A DNA stretch of 64,000 nt from assembly GCF_002087085.1 (NCBI RefSeq), contig NZ_MWQY01000007.1:62001-126000 (forward strand), written 5' to 3'. This document shows, one piece after another, positions 37,585-48,393 of this stretch; the first letter of the stretch is position 1, and each line of letters opens with the position of its first letter. A model generated the notes under the pieces. The model was not told the origin of the DNA. It saw only the letters and a list, made by a program, of their open reading frames with translations, and searched no databases. The translations under genes and the position numbers were made by a program.

Positions 37585-38334
37585 ATGATGATGAACAGAG
37601 CAATCTCCCCATGGATACTCCTCGTCCTCTTCTGTGCCCTGAGCCCCCTGAACGCTCAAAACGGCTATGATCCCAACCTCGACGCGTATCTTCATTCACT
37701 GTCCGGAGCCGAGGCCCCGGGGGTCATATCGGAACACCTGGTATTGACCTATTCGTCCCGGAACCCGGTCCGCTATGTAGCCGCGGCCTTTGAACATGAA
37801 GATTTTACCAGGATGCATATCTACGAAAAAAACCAGAACGGTGTCTTTGTATTCGCCTATCCTCTCCAGTCCCTGCCCCGGGACCGGCAGGAGTTGAAAT
37901 ACAGGATTATCGTGGATGGTCTGTGGATGCGGGATCCGAGCAACCCAAAGCAGGTACCCGACAGCAGGGGCATTCCCATTTCCGTGAGCCCCGTTCCCCA
38001 GCGCCCGCCCCGCCGGGGTGAGACACCGGTATTTCATTCCGACGGTACGGTGGAATTCGTCTATCTGGGAAGCCCCGGACAGAAGGTCCGCCTGGCAGGG
38101 GATTTTAACCACTGGAGTCCTTTCAGCCATTCCCTGAAGGAGAGTTCACCGGGAGAATACAGGCTCAGGCTGAGGCTGTATAAGGGTTACCACCGCTATG
38201 TCTTCTACGTCAACGGGTCCCGGGCAACGGATATACGGAACCCCCGGATCGCCTACGACGTGCTGGGGAATCAGGTTTCCGCTGTGCGGGTCCCGAAATC
38301 CGACTCCCTTGACGCCAGTCTGGCGGAGAATTAA
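37585..38334 (+). CDS. Exported protein with two glycogen-binding (CBM48/AMPK-beta-like) domains
   Basis: Signal peptide; YRIIVDGLWMRDPSNP, VRLAGDFNHWSP, YVFYVNG. Confidence 0.85.
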   Translation: MMMNRAISPWILLVLFCALSPLNAQNGYDPNLDAYLHSLSGAEAPGVISEHLVLTYSSRNPVRYVAAAFEHEDFTRMHIYEKNQNGVFVFAYPLQSLPRDRQELKYRIIVDGLWMRDPSNPKQVPDSRGIPISVSPVPQRPPRRGETPVFHSDGTVEFVYLGSPGQKVRLAGDFNHWSPFSHSLKESSPGEYRLRLRLYKGYHRYVFYVNGSRATDIRNPRIAYDVLGNQVSAVRVPKSDSLDASLAEN

Positions 38335-38337
38335 CGA

Positions 38338-39081
38338 ATGGACTTTTACACATCCCTGTCGGAGTATTATGACCTTCTCTTTCCTCCATCCCGGGAACAG
38401 AAGGAGTGGGCTCTGGACTGTGCCGGTACGGGACCGGTGCTGGACGCCGGCTGCGGTACGGGGGAACTGCTGCTGCATATTGTCCGCAAAGGCATTCCCG
38501 GATCAGGCTTCGACGCCGATGACGAGATGGTCCGAAAGGCGAAGGAGAAAGCCGCTGGAACAGAGGGCGTCGTCGACTTCCGAAAAGCCGGTCTAAGGGA
38601 AGCCGCCGAACTGTATACGCCCAGCTCCTTCAGTGCCCTGCTCTGCATGGGGAACACCATCGCCCATGTGCAGGACCCACAGGAGCTGAACAGGGTAATC
38701 TCCGGCTTCGCATCTTTACTGGCAGAGGGGGGCAGACTTGCGATACAGCTCCTCAATTACGACCGCATCCTCGCTGAGAGGCCGGAGGAACTGCCTCCCC
38801 TGAGAACGGAAACGGATGATCTGAAGCTCAGCTTTTTCCGGCGTTACCGCTACGAAAGGGAACATATTCTTTTTACAGGTACCCTGCGGGTGGAATTCAA
38901 CCGGAACCCCGCAAAGAGCCTTGAAAAAAGCTTTGAAACTTCTCTTCTCCCTGTCGGCCGGGAAACTGTAACGGCGGCCTTTTTAAAAGCCGGATTGAAG
39001 AATATAAGCGTCTGGGAGGATTACGGCTCAACGCCGGCCTCGGAAGAATCGGCTGTCTACCTGTTTACCGGAAAACGATAA
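38338..39081 (+). CDS. Class I SAM-dependent methyltransferase
   Basis: VLDAGCGTG, LCMGNTIAH, QLLNYD. Confidence 0.92.
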   Translation: MDFYTSLSEYYDLLFPPSREQKEWALDCAGTGPVLDAGCGTGELLLHIVRKGIPGSGFDADDEMVRKAKEKAAGTEGVVDFRKAGLREAAELYTPSSFSALLCMGNTIAHVQDPQELNRVISGFASLLAEGGRLAIQLLNYDRILAERPEELPPLRTETDDLKLSFFRRYRYEREHILFTGTLRVEFNRNPAKSLEKSFETSLLPVGRETVTAAFLKAGLKNISVWEDYGSTPASEESAVYLFTGKR

Positions 39082-39087
39082 TCCGGC

Positions 39088-39969
39088 TTAGGCCTCAGCT
39101 TTTCCCTCCAGGGCCTCCGCGGCCTTGTAGGAGGAGCGCACAAAGGGAGCGGATGCAACATGCCGGAAGCCCCGCTTTTCCGCCTCTTTTCGATAATCGT
39201 CAAATACTTCAGGTTTCACATACTCCGCCACCGGGTAGTGCTCTGATGACGGGGCGAGGTACTGACCGATCGTTAAAAAGTCGCATCCGGCACGGCGCAG
39301 ATCATCGAAAAGTTCGAGAACCTCTTCCCGGGTCTCCCCCAGCCCCAGCATCAACCCCGTTTTTACCGCCATGGGTCTTCCGCAGTCCGCCGCCCGCTTA
39401 AGGAGTTCCAGGGATCTGCGGTAATCCGCCTGGGGACGCACCCTGGAGTAGAGCCGCGGCACGGTTTCCACGTTATGATTGATCACCTCCGGCCCGGCCT
39501 CGATTACCGTGGCCAGAGCATCGGGATCACCCTGAAAATCCGGGATCAGGACCTCGATGCTGGCTTCAGGCAGCCGGGTCCGAAGCTCCCGGATGACCGC
39601 CGCAAAGTGTCCCGCTCCGCCGTCGGGCAGATCGTCCCGGGTTACGGAGGTCACCACCACATGACGCAGTCCCAACTCCCGGGCGGCCCGGGCAAGCCTG
39701 ACCGGCTCCTCGGCATCAACAGGCTCAGGCGTTCCAGGGCTGACATTGCAGAAACGGCAGTTCCGGGTGCAGACGGAGCCGAGGACCATGAAGGTCGCGG
39801 TACGGGAGGCGAAACACTCCATCCGGTTGGGACAATTCGCCTCGACGCAGACCGTGTTCAGATGCAGGCTTTTCAGAAGGGCCTTTACCCTGTTCAGGTC
39901 CCGCCCTCCCCGGACGGGGATTCTCAGCCAGTCCGGTTTTCGCTGATGAGTATGTTCAGATCGTCCCAT
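39088..39969 (-). CDS. lipA: Lipoyl synthase
   Basis: [31 protein letters not shown]. Confidence 0.97.
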   Translation of the reverse strand: MGRSEHTHQRKPDWLRIPVRGGRDLNRVKALLKSLHLNTVCVEANCPNRMECFASRTATFMVLGSVCTRNCRFCNVSPGTPEPVDAEEPVRLARAARELGLRHVVVTSVTRDDLPDGGAGHFAAVIRELRTRLPEASIEVLIPDFQGDPDALATVIEAGPEVINHNVETVPRLYSRVRPQADYRRSLELLKRAADCGRPMAVKTGLMLGLGETREEVLELFDDLRRAGCDFLTIGQYLAPSSEHYPVAEYVKPEVFDDYRKEAEKRGFRHVASAPFVRSSYKAAEALEGKAEA

Positions 39970-40622
39970 GAAAACTCCTCTGTTTCGCTATAGCCGTAGG
40001 TATCCCGGAAGACTCCGGCATAGTCAAGACGGGCCCGCTCCATGTCGGATTCGCGCCCTGTAAGCATGCGGGTGGAGGTAACCCCTTTATCGGTAATCCC
40101 GCAGGGGATTATATAGCTGAAGGGTGTCAGATCGCAGTTTATATTCAGGGCGAAACCGTGCATGGTAACCCCGCGGCTGATGCTGATACCCAGGGCGGCG
40201 ATTTTGGCATCCTTCACCCAGACCCCGACATGCTCCTCGCTCAGGCCCGCTTCTATACCGTGGTATTCTGCCAGGTAACGGATCACCGAGCTTTCCAGGC
40301 GTTCGACAAAGAGCCGGAGCTTCCGCTGGTGATGATACAGGTTGACGATTACATAGCCCACCAGCTGACCCGGGCCGTGATAGGTAATCTGGCCTCCCCG
40401 GTCGATCTCCGCGACATCGATTCCCTTCTGCGCCAGAATCTCCCTGGAAAGCAGCAGGTCCCCGTGGTCTCCCCGCTTGCCCAGGGTCACCACCGGAGGA
40501 TGCTCCAGAAGAAGCAGGGTATCCGGAATCTCCTCCCCCTGACGAAGTTCCCTGAGCTTCTGCTGAATTGTCAGGGCCTCTCCGTAAGGAACCAGTGGTG
40601 CATGAATTATCCGCAGCTTCAC
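39924..40622 (-). CDS. lipB: Octanoyltransferase
   Basis: [48 protein letters not shown] before GTG 40622. Confidence 0.95.
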   Translation of the reverse strand: MKLRIIHAPLVPYGEALTIQQKLRELRQGEEIPDTLLLLEHPPVVTLGKRGDHGDLLLSREILAQKGIDVAEIDRGGQITYHGPGQLVGYVIVNLYHHQRKLRLFVERLESSVIRYLAEYHGIEAGLSEEHVGVWVKDAKIAALGISISRGVTMHGFALNINCDLTPFSYIIPCGITDKGVTSTRMLTGRESDMERARLDYAGVFRDTYGYSETEEFSWDDLNILISENRTG

Positions 40623-40760
40623 CAATCTCTCCTTGTCGGTATCCGTACAATCCAATACTACTCCGGAGCAGAGCTGCGGCGCAAGTAGCGTTTTTGTATA
40701 CAGATTCACTGGATATAGAGAAGAATTTTCTATATGCTTGAGGAAAAGCAGGAGCCAGAC

Positions 40761-41126
40761 ATGAACAAGGTACTGATTGTGGACGATTCCATGATCTCCC
40801 GGCAAATGTTAAGCAAATACCTCGCCCCCACGGGTTACACCATCGATACCGCCGCGTCCGGAGAAGAGGCCCTGGAAAAGATTCTTCCCGGCTCCTGCGA
40901 TGTGGTCGTTCTTGATCTGCTGATGCCGGGAATCAGCGGGCTCGAGGTGCTGGAAAAGCTTTCCCTGAAAAAACTCACGCCGCCGGTCATAGTGCTGAGT
41001 GCGGATATTCAGGATTCCACCCGGGAAAAAGCCCTTTCCCTCGGAGCCAGCCGCTTCATGACCAAACCGCCCCGGCCGGAGGAACTGCAGAAGCTTGTAC
41101 GGGAGCTTATGGAGTCAAAAGAATGA
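40761..41126 (+). CDS. Single-domain response regulator (CheY-like)
   Basis: LIVDDS, LDLLMP, LSADIQ, KP. Confidence 0.92.
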   Translation: MNKVLIVDDSMISRQMLSKYLAPTGYTIDTAASGEEALEKILPGSCDVVVLDLLMPGISGLEVLEKLSLKKLTPPVIVLSADIQDSTREKALSLGASRFMTKPPRPEELQKLVRELMESKE

Positions 41127-41743
41127 CCTCCATCGGCAGACTGGAAAAACAGAATATCCAGACCCTGATAGACTCCGGTGTCCGGCAGGGGGCGGAAGTC
41201 CTGAACGCAATGCTCAACAGTCCCATCAAGCTCGAAGCCCCCGTTCTCTCGGTTGTTGGTATGGAGGAGCTAAAGGAGCAGCTTAAAGCTGAGTACAAAG
41301 GATCCCTGGCCGGGGTGCGTATGAGCTATGCCGGGGAACTGATCGGGGAGGTGGAGCTTATCTTCAACACCGCCGAAGCCGCCAGGCTGGCCTCGGCAAT
41401 CACCCAGGACCTTGCTCCGGAAACCGACCTGGATGCGCTTCAGGCCGCAACCATCAGCGAAGTCGGGAACGTGGTTATCAATGCCATAATCGGGACCATG
41501 AGCAACAGCCTGGGGCTGCATTTGAACTTTTCGGTACCCCAGTACATGGAAGGCGAAATCGATTCTCTTCTCCGGCGCACGGAGGAGATCAGAAGCACCA
41601 CGGCATTGCTGGTAAAAACCCGGTTTTTTATCAACAAGCTGGATATAAGCGGCCATATTCTGCTTTTTTTTACCCTGGGGGCCTTTGATCTTTTCAAATC
41701 CCGGCTGAAAGACTACAACACTGCCAGCCAGGGAACATCCTGA
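41123..41743 (+). CDS. CheC-like phosphatase
   Basis: SEVGNVVINAIIGTMSN; ATGA overlap with the regulator. Confidence 0.85.
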   Translation: MTSIGRLEKQNIQTLIDSGVRQGAEVLNAMLNSPIKLEAPVLSVVGMEELKEQLKAEYKGSLAGVRMSYAGELIGEVELIFNTAEAARLASAITQDLAPETDLDALQAATISEVGNVVINAIIGTMSNSLGLHLNFSVPQYMEGEIDSLLRRTEEIRSTTALLVKTRFFINKLDISGHILLFFTLGAFDLFKSRLKDYNTASQGTS

Positions 41744-41746
41744 GCC

Positions 41747-42817
41747 ATGGACTACTCGATATTCGATCGTATTCCCCTGGGGATCTGTCTTATGGACAGG
41801 GATTTCACCGTCAGGGGATGGAACATCTGTATGCAGGACTGGACCGGAATCACCCTGGAGGAGATCCGGGACCAGGATATACGGAGCTTCTTTCCCCTTT
41901 TCAACAGAGAGATATACGCTTCCCGGCTCAAGCTGCTCTTTAACGGGGGTCCGCCGGCGATTTTCTCTCCCCAGCTCCACGCGGGGCTCTTTCCCAGCCG
42001 CAAACAGGGGATGCCCCCTCAGGTCCACCATATAACCGTCTCCTCCATCAATACCGATAAAGGCGAGGTCCTGGCACTTTTCGCGGTACAGGATGTAACG
42101 CGGGAGCATAACAGAAGCGCGGAACTCCGAAGGCTGCACCAGCTTGCCAGAGAGGAGATTGTTCAGCGCAAAAAGGCCGAGGAGGAACTGACAGAGGCCC
42201 TGGATCAGAACAGAGCCCTGCTGAGGGAGAACCAGCACCGGATAAAAAACAACCTTGCCACGCTGATCAGCCTCCTGGAGCTGCAGAAGAACAACCTCTT
42301 TGATCCCCGGGACGAGGAGATTCTGACACTGCTTATCAACCGGGTATATTCCATTCAGCGGGTCCATAAGCACCTTTCCGAAAATGCGGACACCCCGGAC
42401 ATCCGCCTGGATGCCTATCTGAAGGACCTGACGGAGAACATGATAAACGCCGCCGCCGCGGAGGAAAAAGAGAAGCGGCCGGAAGTGCGAATCCATGCAG
42501 ATCCGGTGGAACTGAAGATAAAGACGGCCATTCCCGTGGGGATGATAATCGCCGAATTAATTACCAACTCCCTGAAACACTCTTTCGGAAGCTCCAGGGA
42601 AACACAGAATACAATAAGCATCTCCACCCGGCTGGACACCAGGGGAATGCTTACCCTCAGGTACCGGGATTCAGGAAATACCGGCGGTGAGCCCCGGGAA
42701 GGGGGACTGGGAATCCGACTGAACGAGGCCTTCGCCGATCAGCTCGGCGGAAGTCTGCGGAGGGAGCCGGAAATGGGAAATGTTACTGTTCTGGAATTCC
42801 CGCTTAAGCAGCAATAA
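41747..42817 (+). CDS. Cytoplasmic PAS sensor histidine kinase (HisKA_2 type)
   Basis: PAS N-terminus; H-box ENQHRIKNNL; ELITNSLKH; GLG. Confidence 0.88.
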   Translation: MDYSIFDRIPLGICLMDRDFTVRGWNICMQDWTGITLEEIRDQDIRSFFPLFNREIYASRLKLLFNGGPPAIFSPQLHAGLFPSRKQGMPPQVHHITVSSINTDKGEVLALFAVQDVTREHNRSAELRRLHQLAREEIVQRKKAEEELTEALDQNRALLRENQHRIKNNLATLISLLELQKNNLFDPRDEEILTLLINRVYSIQRVHKHLSENADTPDIRLDAYLKDLTENMINAAAAEEKEKRPEVRIHADPVELKIKTAIPVGMIIAELITNSLKHSFGSSRETQNTISISTRLDTRGMLTLRYRDSGNTGGEPREGGLGIRLNEAFADQLGGSLRREPEMGNVTVLEFPLKQQ

Positions 42818-42865
42818 GCCGATGTTGACATCCGGCCCCCTCTGTGATGTTATGAAAGCTGCAGC

Positions 42866-42879
42866 TGAAAGCGCTTACA
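42866..42879. promoter_or_regulatory. LacI-family operator
   Basis: TGAAAGCGCTTACA downstream of TTGACA (42825) and upstream of a LacI gene. Confidence 0.8.
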
Positions 42880-42907
42880 AATCTTCGGGAGACGGACTGG
42901 CGGATCC

Positions 42908-43921
42908 ATGAACATCTACGACATAGCCCGGGAGGCCGGGGTATCCATAGCTACAATCTCGCGGGTACTGAACGGCAGCCCCAAGGTCAAGGAATCAACC
43001 CGGACCAGGATTGAAAGGATCCTGGAAAAGCACCACTACTCCCCCAGCGCCTTTGCCCGCGGCATGGTCTACGGCAGCATGCATACCATCGGAGTACTGA
43101 CCGTGGACGTCAGAGACCTCTACTTCGGTACCGTCACCCACGCCATCGAACAGGCTTTTTCCCGATCCGGCTACACCACGGTACTCTGTAACACCGGAGG
43201 TATCCCGGAGCGCCAGCTTCACTATCTGGAACTGTTGACCACCAAAAAGGTGGACGGTATCATTCTGGTAGGCTCCTACTTCGACAACCGGGAGCTCGAG
43301 GAGGCCATACGCCACGTGGCGGCCAGGATTCCGGTAATCATGCTCAACCGGGACCTTCAGGGGGATAACATCTGGTCGGTAGTCTGCGATGAGGCCCAGG
43401 GAATTTCCGCCTGCGTAGCCCATCTCAGCGCCCTGGGACACCGGGATATCATTTACATCAGGGACACCACCACCTTCAGCGCCATGCGCAAACTCTCCGG
43501 TTTCCGCCGGGGAATGGAGTCGGCGGGTCTTGAAAACGCTGAGGCTGCCGTTATTGAAACAGGAAAGGGAATCGAAGGCGGGATAAACGGGGTACTGCGG
43601 GCTGCGGAACTGGGTGTTCCCTTCAGTGCCGTTGTGACCGGAGACGACGTCTGTGCCGCCGGGGTCATAAAGGGGCTCAAAAAGCTGGGACGAATTCCCG
43701 GAAGGGAGGTCTCCGTCACCGGCTTCAACGATTCCCTGCTTGCCCGAAGTACCGATCCGGAACTGAGTTCCGTTAACAGCCGGCCCGAAGAGATGGGAGA
43801 AACCGCCGTTTCGATCCTGTCCAGGGTTCTGGAGGGGGAAGATCCCCCGAAAATCACCCTGGTACGGCCGGAATTGGTACTCCGGGAGAGTACCTCCCCG
43901 TTTACGGGAAAAAAGGAGTAA
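42908..43921 (+). CDS. LacI family transcriptional regulator
   Basis: IYDIAREAGVSIATISRVLN, VSVTGFND, LVLREST. Confidence 0.96.
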   Translation: MNIYDIAREAGVSIATISRVLNGSPKVKESTRTRIERILEKHHYSPSAFARGMVYGSMHTIGVLTVDVRDLYFGTVTHAIEQAFSRSGYTTVLCNTGGIPERQLHYLELLTTKKVDGIILVGSYFDNRELEEAIRHVAARIPVIMLNRDLQGDNIWSVVCDEAQGISACVAHLSALGHRDIIYIRDTTTFSAMRKLSGFRRGMESAGLENAEAAVIETGKGIEGGINGVLRAAELGVPFSAVVTGDDVCAAGVIKGLKKLGRIPGREVSVTGFNDSLLARSTDPELSSVNSRPEEMGETAVSILSRVLEGEDPPKITLVRPELVLRESTSPFTGKKE

Positions 43922-43925
43922 GAAG

Positions 43926-45440
43926 ATGAAGCAGTTGTCACGAGAAAACGCCGCGTCATTTACATTCCCCCCGGAGATCCAGGCCCCGGATCTGACGGTC
44001 CGGCCGGTAAAGGTCCTGCAGTTCGGGGAGGGGAACTTTCTCCGGGGATTCGTGGACTGGATGATCGACCGCATGAACCGCGCCGGGGTTTTTAACGGCA
44101 GCGTTCAGATAGTGCAGCCTATTTCCCGGGGAATGGTGGAGGAACTTAACGAGCAGGGAGGAATCTATACCCTCTTTCTGAGGGGCCTGCGCAAGGGTTC
44201 GGTAATCGAGCAGAAGGAGGTGATCGCCTCCGTTAGCGGCGGCATAAATCCCTACAGGGATTTCGATGCGTTTCTAAGGGCCGCGGAAAACCCGGAACTC
44301 AGGTTTGTCGTCTCCAACACCACCGAGGCAGGAATAGCCTACACCCCGGAGGAACTTCCCCTGAATGCCCCATCGGCCTCCTTTCCGGGAAAGGTGGTTC
44401 AGCTGCTGTATCAGCGTTTTTCCAGCTTCCACGGTGCGGCCGATAAGGGTCTGGTGTTTCTGCCCTGTGAACTGATCGACCGCAACGGGGACAACCTGAA
44501 GCGAATCGTTCTTCAGCTTACCCGGGAGTGGACGCTGCCGGAGGATTTCCGGAGATGGATACTGGAAGCCAATGTCTTCTGCAACACCCTGGTGGACCGC
44601 ATTGTAACCGGCTACCCCAGGGAGCAGGCTGTTGAGTACGAGGGAGAACTGGGTTACCGGGACAAACTTCTGGACACCGGAGAGCTCTTTCATCTCTGGG
44701 TTATCGAGGGTCCGGCGGAATTGAAAGAGGAGTTTCCCCTCCAGGATGCGGATATCCGGGTCGTCTGGACCGATGACATGACCCCCTACCGGACCCGGAA
44801 GGTGAGAATCCTCAACGGCGCCCACACCATGACCGTTCCCGCGGCCTACCTGGCGGGGATGGAAACCGTGGGGGAGTGTCTCGCCGACAATGTGGTCGCC
44901 TCCTTCATGAAGAAGGGCATCTTCGACGAGATCATGCCCGTCATGGAGATGCCCAAAAAAGAGCTGAAGGAATACGCCGACGAGGTGCTGGAACGCTTTT
45001 CCAACCCCTTCATAACCCACTACCTGCTGGATATATCCCTGAACTCTGTTTCAAAGTTCAAGGCCCGGGTCCTTCCGTCCCTGAAGGACTATATCTCCCG
45101 GAAAAAGGAAGTCCCCGGGATATTAAGCTTCTCCCTGGCGGCACTGATACGCTTTTACCGGGGGAGCGAGCTCAAGAACGGCAGCCTCAGCGGGACCCGT
45201 GGGGGAAGGACCTACCGGATTACCGACAACCAGGAGGTCCTGGAGTTCTTCCGCGGCCTGTGGACGGAACACGCAGAAGGCTCAAAGGACCTTAAGGCAG
45301 TGGCAGAAGCGGCCCTTGCCGAATCCCGGTTCTGGGGAGAGGACCTGACCGGGCTAAAGGGACTTGCGTCAGCCGTTGCCGCACACCTTGAAAACATTCA
45401 GCGGGCGGGTATGCTCGCCGCAATAAAAGACCTTTTATAA
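43926..45440 (+). CDS. uxaB: Tagaturonate reductase (altronate oxidoreductase)
   Basis: LQFGEGNFLRGF, SNTTEAGI, NTLVDRIV, RKVRILNGAHT. Confidence 0.94.
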   Translation: MKQLSRENAASFTFPPEIQAPDLTVRPVKVLQFGEGNFLRGFVDWMIDRMNRAGVFNGSVQIVQPISRGMVEELNEQGGIYTLFLRGLRKGSVIEQKEVIASVSGGINPYRDFDAFLRAAENPELRFVVSNTTEAGIAYTPEELPLNAPSASFPGKVVQLLYQRFSSFHGAADKGLVFLPCELIDRNGDNLKRIVLQLTREWTLPEDFRRWILEANVFCNTLVDRIVTGYPREQAVEYEGELGYRDKLLDTGELFHLWVIEGPAELKEEFPLQDADIRVVWTDDMTPYRTRKVRILNGAHTMTVPAAYLAGMETVGECLADNVVASFMKKGIFDEIMPVMEMPKKELKEYADEVLERFSNPFITHYLLDISLNSVSKFKARVLPSLKDYISRKKEVPGILSFSLAALIRFYRGSELKNGSLSGTRGGRTYRITDNQEVLEFFRGLWTEHAEGSKDLKAVAEAALAESRFWGEDLTGLKGLASAVAAHLENIQRAGMLAAIKDLL

Positions 45441-45457
45441 GGAAGATACACCCATCA

Positions 45458-46948
45458 ATGAGCACCTATCGCATTCACACCAGAGACAATGTAGCTGTCG
45501 CAGTTGAAGATCTGAAGGCCGGAGAAACCCTGAACATCGAGGATGTTCAGCTAATCTGCAGGAGCGAAATCCCCCGGGGCCACAAGTTCGCCCTTCGCAG
45601 CATCGAGGCGGGAAGCAGCATTATCAAATACGGCTACCCCATCGGTACCGCCCTGCAGAATATCGAAGCCGGGGACCACATCCATGTACACAACCTGAAA
45701 ACCTCTCTTTCCGGAACCCTGGAGTACGACTACGAACCGGTTGACTCCCGCCTTCAGGCGGCGGAATCCCGCAGTTTTATGGGATTTCCGCGTCCCGACG
45801 GCAAGGCCGGTACCCGCAACGAGGTCTGGATCATTCCCATCTCGGGCTGCGTGAACAGAACAACCCAGATGCTGGCACAGAGCGGCCTTCCCCTGCCGGA
45901 GAACGTGGAGGGCATCCACGCCTTTCCCCATCCCTATGGCTGCTCCCAGCTGGGGGACGACCATGAGCACACCCGCAGTATCCTGGCGGGACTTGCGGAG
46001 CACCCCAATGCCGGAGCCGTACTCCTGATCGGTCTGGGCTGCGAAAACAACCAGATGGACAGCTTCATCGAGCTTCTGAAGGAACGGGGATCCTGGAACG
46101 ATGAGCGCATCCGGTGGATGGTTACCCAGGATGTGGAGGATGAACTCGAGACCGGCAGGGAGCTCCTCAAGCGCTGTATCAGCTATGCCGCGGGCTTCCG
46201 GCGCCGGGAGCTTCCTTCATCCAGACTTGTCGTCGGTCTCAAGTGCGGAGGTTCCGACGGACTCTCCGGCCTTACGGCGAACCCTCTGGTAGGGGCCTTT
46301 TCCGACGACCTGATCGCCCAGGGGGGCAGCACGATACTGACGGAGGTGCCGGAGATGTTCGGTGCCGAGACGATCCTCATGAACCGTGCAGCGGACCATA
46401 ACGTCTACGGAAAGATTGTCTCCCTTATCAACAGTTTCAAGGAATACTTTCTCAGGCACAACCAGACGGTTTACGAAAATCCCAGTCCCGGCAATAAAAA
46501 GGGGGGAATATCCACCCTGGAGGACAAGTCCCTGGGCTGTACCCAGAAAAGCGGGGACGCCCCGGTGGCGGATGTTATCCGCTACGGCCAGGTGCTGAAG
46601 ACCCCGGGGCTCAACCTGCTCCAGGGACCCGGCAACGACATCGTGTCGGTAACCGCCCTGGCAGCCGCGGGCGCCCAGATAATCCTCTTTACCACCGGAA
46701 GGGGAAACCCCCTGGGCTCGCCGGTCCCCACGGTCAAGATCGCCAGCAACAACGACCTGGCGGTCAGGAAAGCGCACTGGATCGACTTCAGCGCCGGAGA
46801 CCTGGTTTCAAAGCCCGGAACCCTGATGGAGACCCTGCGGAAGGATTTGATGGGAGTTGTGCTTGATCATGCCTCTGGGAAGCGTACCCGAAACGAGGAA
46901 CACGGCTACCGGGAGATAGCGATTTTCAAGGACGGGGTCATTCTCTGA
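45458..46948 (+). CDS. uxaA: Altronate dehydratase
   Basis: SAF domain DNVAVA/GHKFAL, HPYGCSQLGDD, GLKCGGSDG, ENPSPGNKKGG. Confidence 0.94.
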   Translation: MSTYRIHTRDNVAVAVEDLKAGETLNIEDVQLICRSEIPRGHKFALRSIEAGSSIIKYGYPIGTALQNIEAGDHIHVHNLKTSLSGTLEYDYEPVDSRLQAAESRSFMGFPRPDGKAGTRNEVWIIPISGCVNRTTQMLAQSGLPLPENVEGIHAFPHPYGCSQLGDDHEHTRSILAGLAEHPNAGAVLLIGLGCENNQMDSFIELLKERGSWNDERIRWMVTQDVEDELETGRELLKRCISYAAGFRRRELPSSRLVVGLKCGGSDGLSGLTANPLVGAFSDDLIAQGGSTILTEVPEMFGAETILMNRAADHNVYGKIVSLINSFKEYFLRHNQTVYENPSPGNKKGGISTLEDKSLGCTQKSGDAPVADVIRYGQVLKTPGLNLLQGPGNDIVSVTALAAAGAQIILFTTGRGNPLGSPVPTVKIASNNDLAVRKAHWIDFSAGDLVSKPGTLMETLRKDLMGVVLDHASGKRTRNEEHGYREIAIFKDGVIL

Positions 46949-47890
46949 TCAGCAGCTGTTCTGTTCCTCGTCCATGATCTGCTGAGAAAGGCCGTATCGC
47001 TCACGATGCTCCCCCTTGCCCCGGGGTTCTATGTGAACTATTACGTCGTACACATCGGGGATCTCCCGCTTTATGGCCTCCTCCACCCGGCCCGCGATCC
47101 TGTGTCCCAGCAGAACCGTGGCATTGCCGTCGACCTCTATATCGAGATCCACAACCTGCAGCCTGCCGATTCTGCGTACCCGGGTCCGGTGGGGATTCAT
47201 GGCCCCTTCTACCTCGCTGACCGCGCAGAAGATCTTCCGGTAGATCTCCGGATCGGCCTGTCCGTCCATCAGCTCCACCGAGGTCTCCAGAAAGATCCCC
47301 AGGGCGACCCGCATGATCCAGATGCTGAGGAGAAAAGCGATGATCGGGTCGATCACCGGCATATGCAGCACATGGGTCGCAAAGAGTCCTGCCAGCACCG
47401 TCAGGGAGATAAAGATATCGTTCCGCATGTTCGCCGCATCGGCGATCAGCATGGAACTGCCCGTTGAACAGCCAACCCGGTACTTGTACATGGCGAGTCC
47501 GAGTTTTCCGATGATTGAAACTCCGGTTACAACCAGAGCGGCGGTCCGGGGAACCGAGGAAACCTCTCCGGAGATCAGGTGCTGTATGGTGATGATCGCC
47601 AGCTGAGCGCCGGCAAAGAAGATAATGAAGCTCAGCAGCTTGGTGGCGATGGTCTCGGCCCGGGTGTGCCCGTAGGGATGATTAACATCCGGCGGTTTTT
47701 CGCTGATATTGATGGTTACCAGGGTGATCGCGGAGGTAAGGATGTCCGTGGCAGAATCGATTCCGTCGCTGATAACGGCATAGCTGCCGGCAATGAACCC
47801 GACGATGATTTTCGCCGCCGAGAGCAGGGCGTTGGCAACTATACCGATCACCGAAGCCCGGGCAATGATTCTGGCTCGTCGTTCAGGCAT
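46949..47890 (-). CDS. Cation diffusion facilitator family transporter
   Basis: SDGIDSATD, HPYGHTRAE, ADAANMRND, IVHIEP; start MPERR follows a -10 box. Confidence 0.92.
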   Translation of the reverse strand: MPERRARIIARASVIGIVANALLSAAKIIVGFIAGSYAVISDGIDSATDILTSAITLVTINISEKPPDVNHPYGHTRAETIATKLLSFIIFFAGAQLAIITIQHLISGEVSSVPRTAALVVTGVSIIGKLGLAMYKYRVGCSTGSSMLIADAANMRNDIFISLTVLAGLFATHVLHMPVIDPIIAFLLSIWIMRVALGIFLETSVELMDGQADPEIYRKIFCAVSEVEGAMNPHRTRVRRIGRLQVVDLDIEVDGNATVLLGHRIAGRVEEAIKREIPDVYDVIVHIEPRGKGEHRERYGLSQQIMDEEQNSC

Positions 47891-47997
47891 ACAGGGAGCA
47901 TAATCCAAAAGAGCATCCGCCGCAATATACACACCGGGGTTTGCTTTTACCCTGCCCGGGACGTACAATTTAATAATCACACAATGAGGAGTGAAGC

Positions 47998-48372
47998 ATG
48001 AAAAAAACACTGTTTATCCTGGTTCTACTTACATTCTCCCTGATGTTCCTGAGCGCCGAAGGCATCGACATGGGCGACTTCCCCGTCGGTACCTGGCTGG
48101 ATCCCAATTACGACGCGGTCTGGGAACTGTCGGTGGAGAACATCCGGATCCTCGATACATCGGAAAACGTATACTTCGATTTTTCCGAAGCCACGGTGGA
48201 AGACTTTGACGTATCCGGCGGCATGAGCGGCCTGACCGTCTCCTTCTCCTGCCCGGAGACCGGCAAGTTCTACAAGCTTACCAAACCGGTATCCATGGGT
48301 ACGGCGATTGTTCTGGAGATCGAACGCTCGGATTATCCCGACTACAGGGTCGAAATGCCCTTCCGCAAGTAG
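47998..48372 (+). CDS. Small secreted hypothetical protein
   Basis: Signal peptide MKKTLFILVLL..SA; SD GAGGAG. Confidence 0.85.
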   Translation: MKKTLFILVLLTFSLMFLSAEGIDMGDFPVGTWLDPNYDAVWELSVENIRILDTSENVYFDFSEATVEDFDVSGGMSGLTVSFSCPETGKFYKLTKPVSMGTAIVLEIERSDYPDYRVEMPFRK

Positions 48373-48393
48373 AAGGGGCTGCACGGTTCTGAA

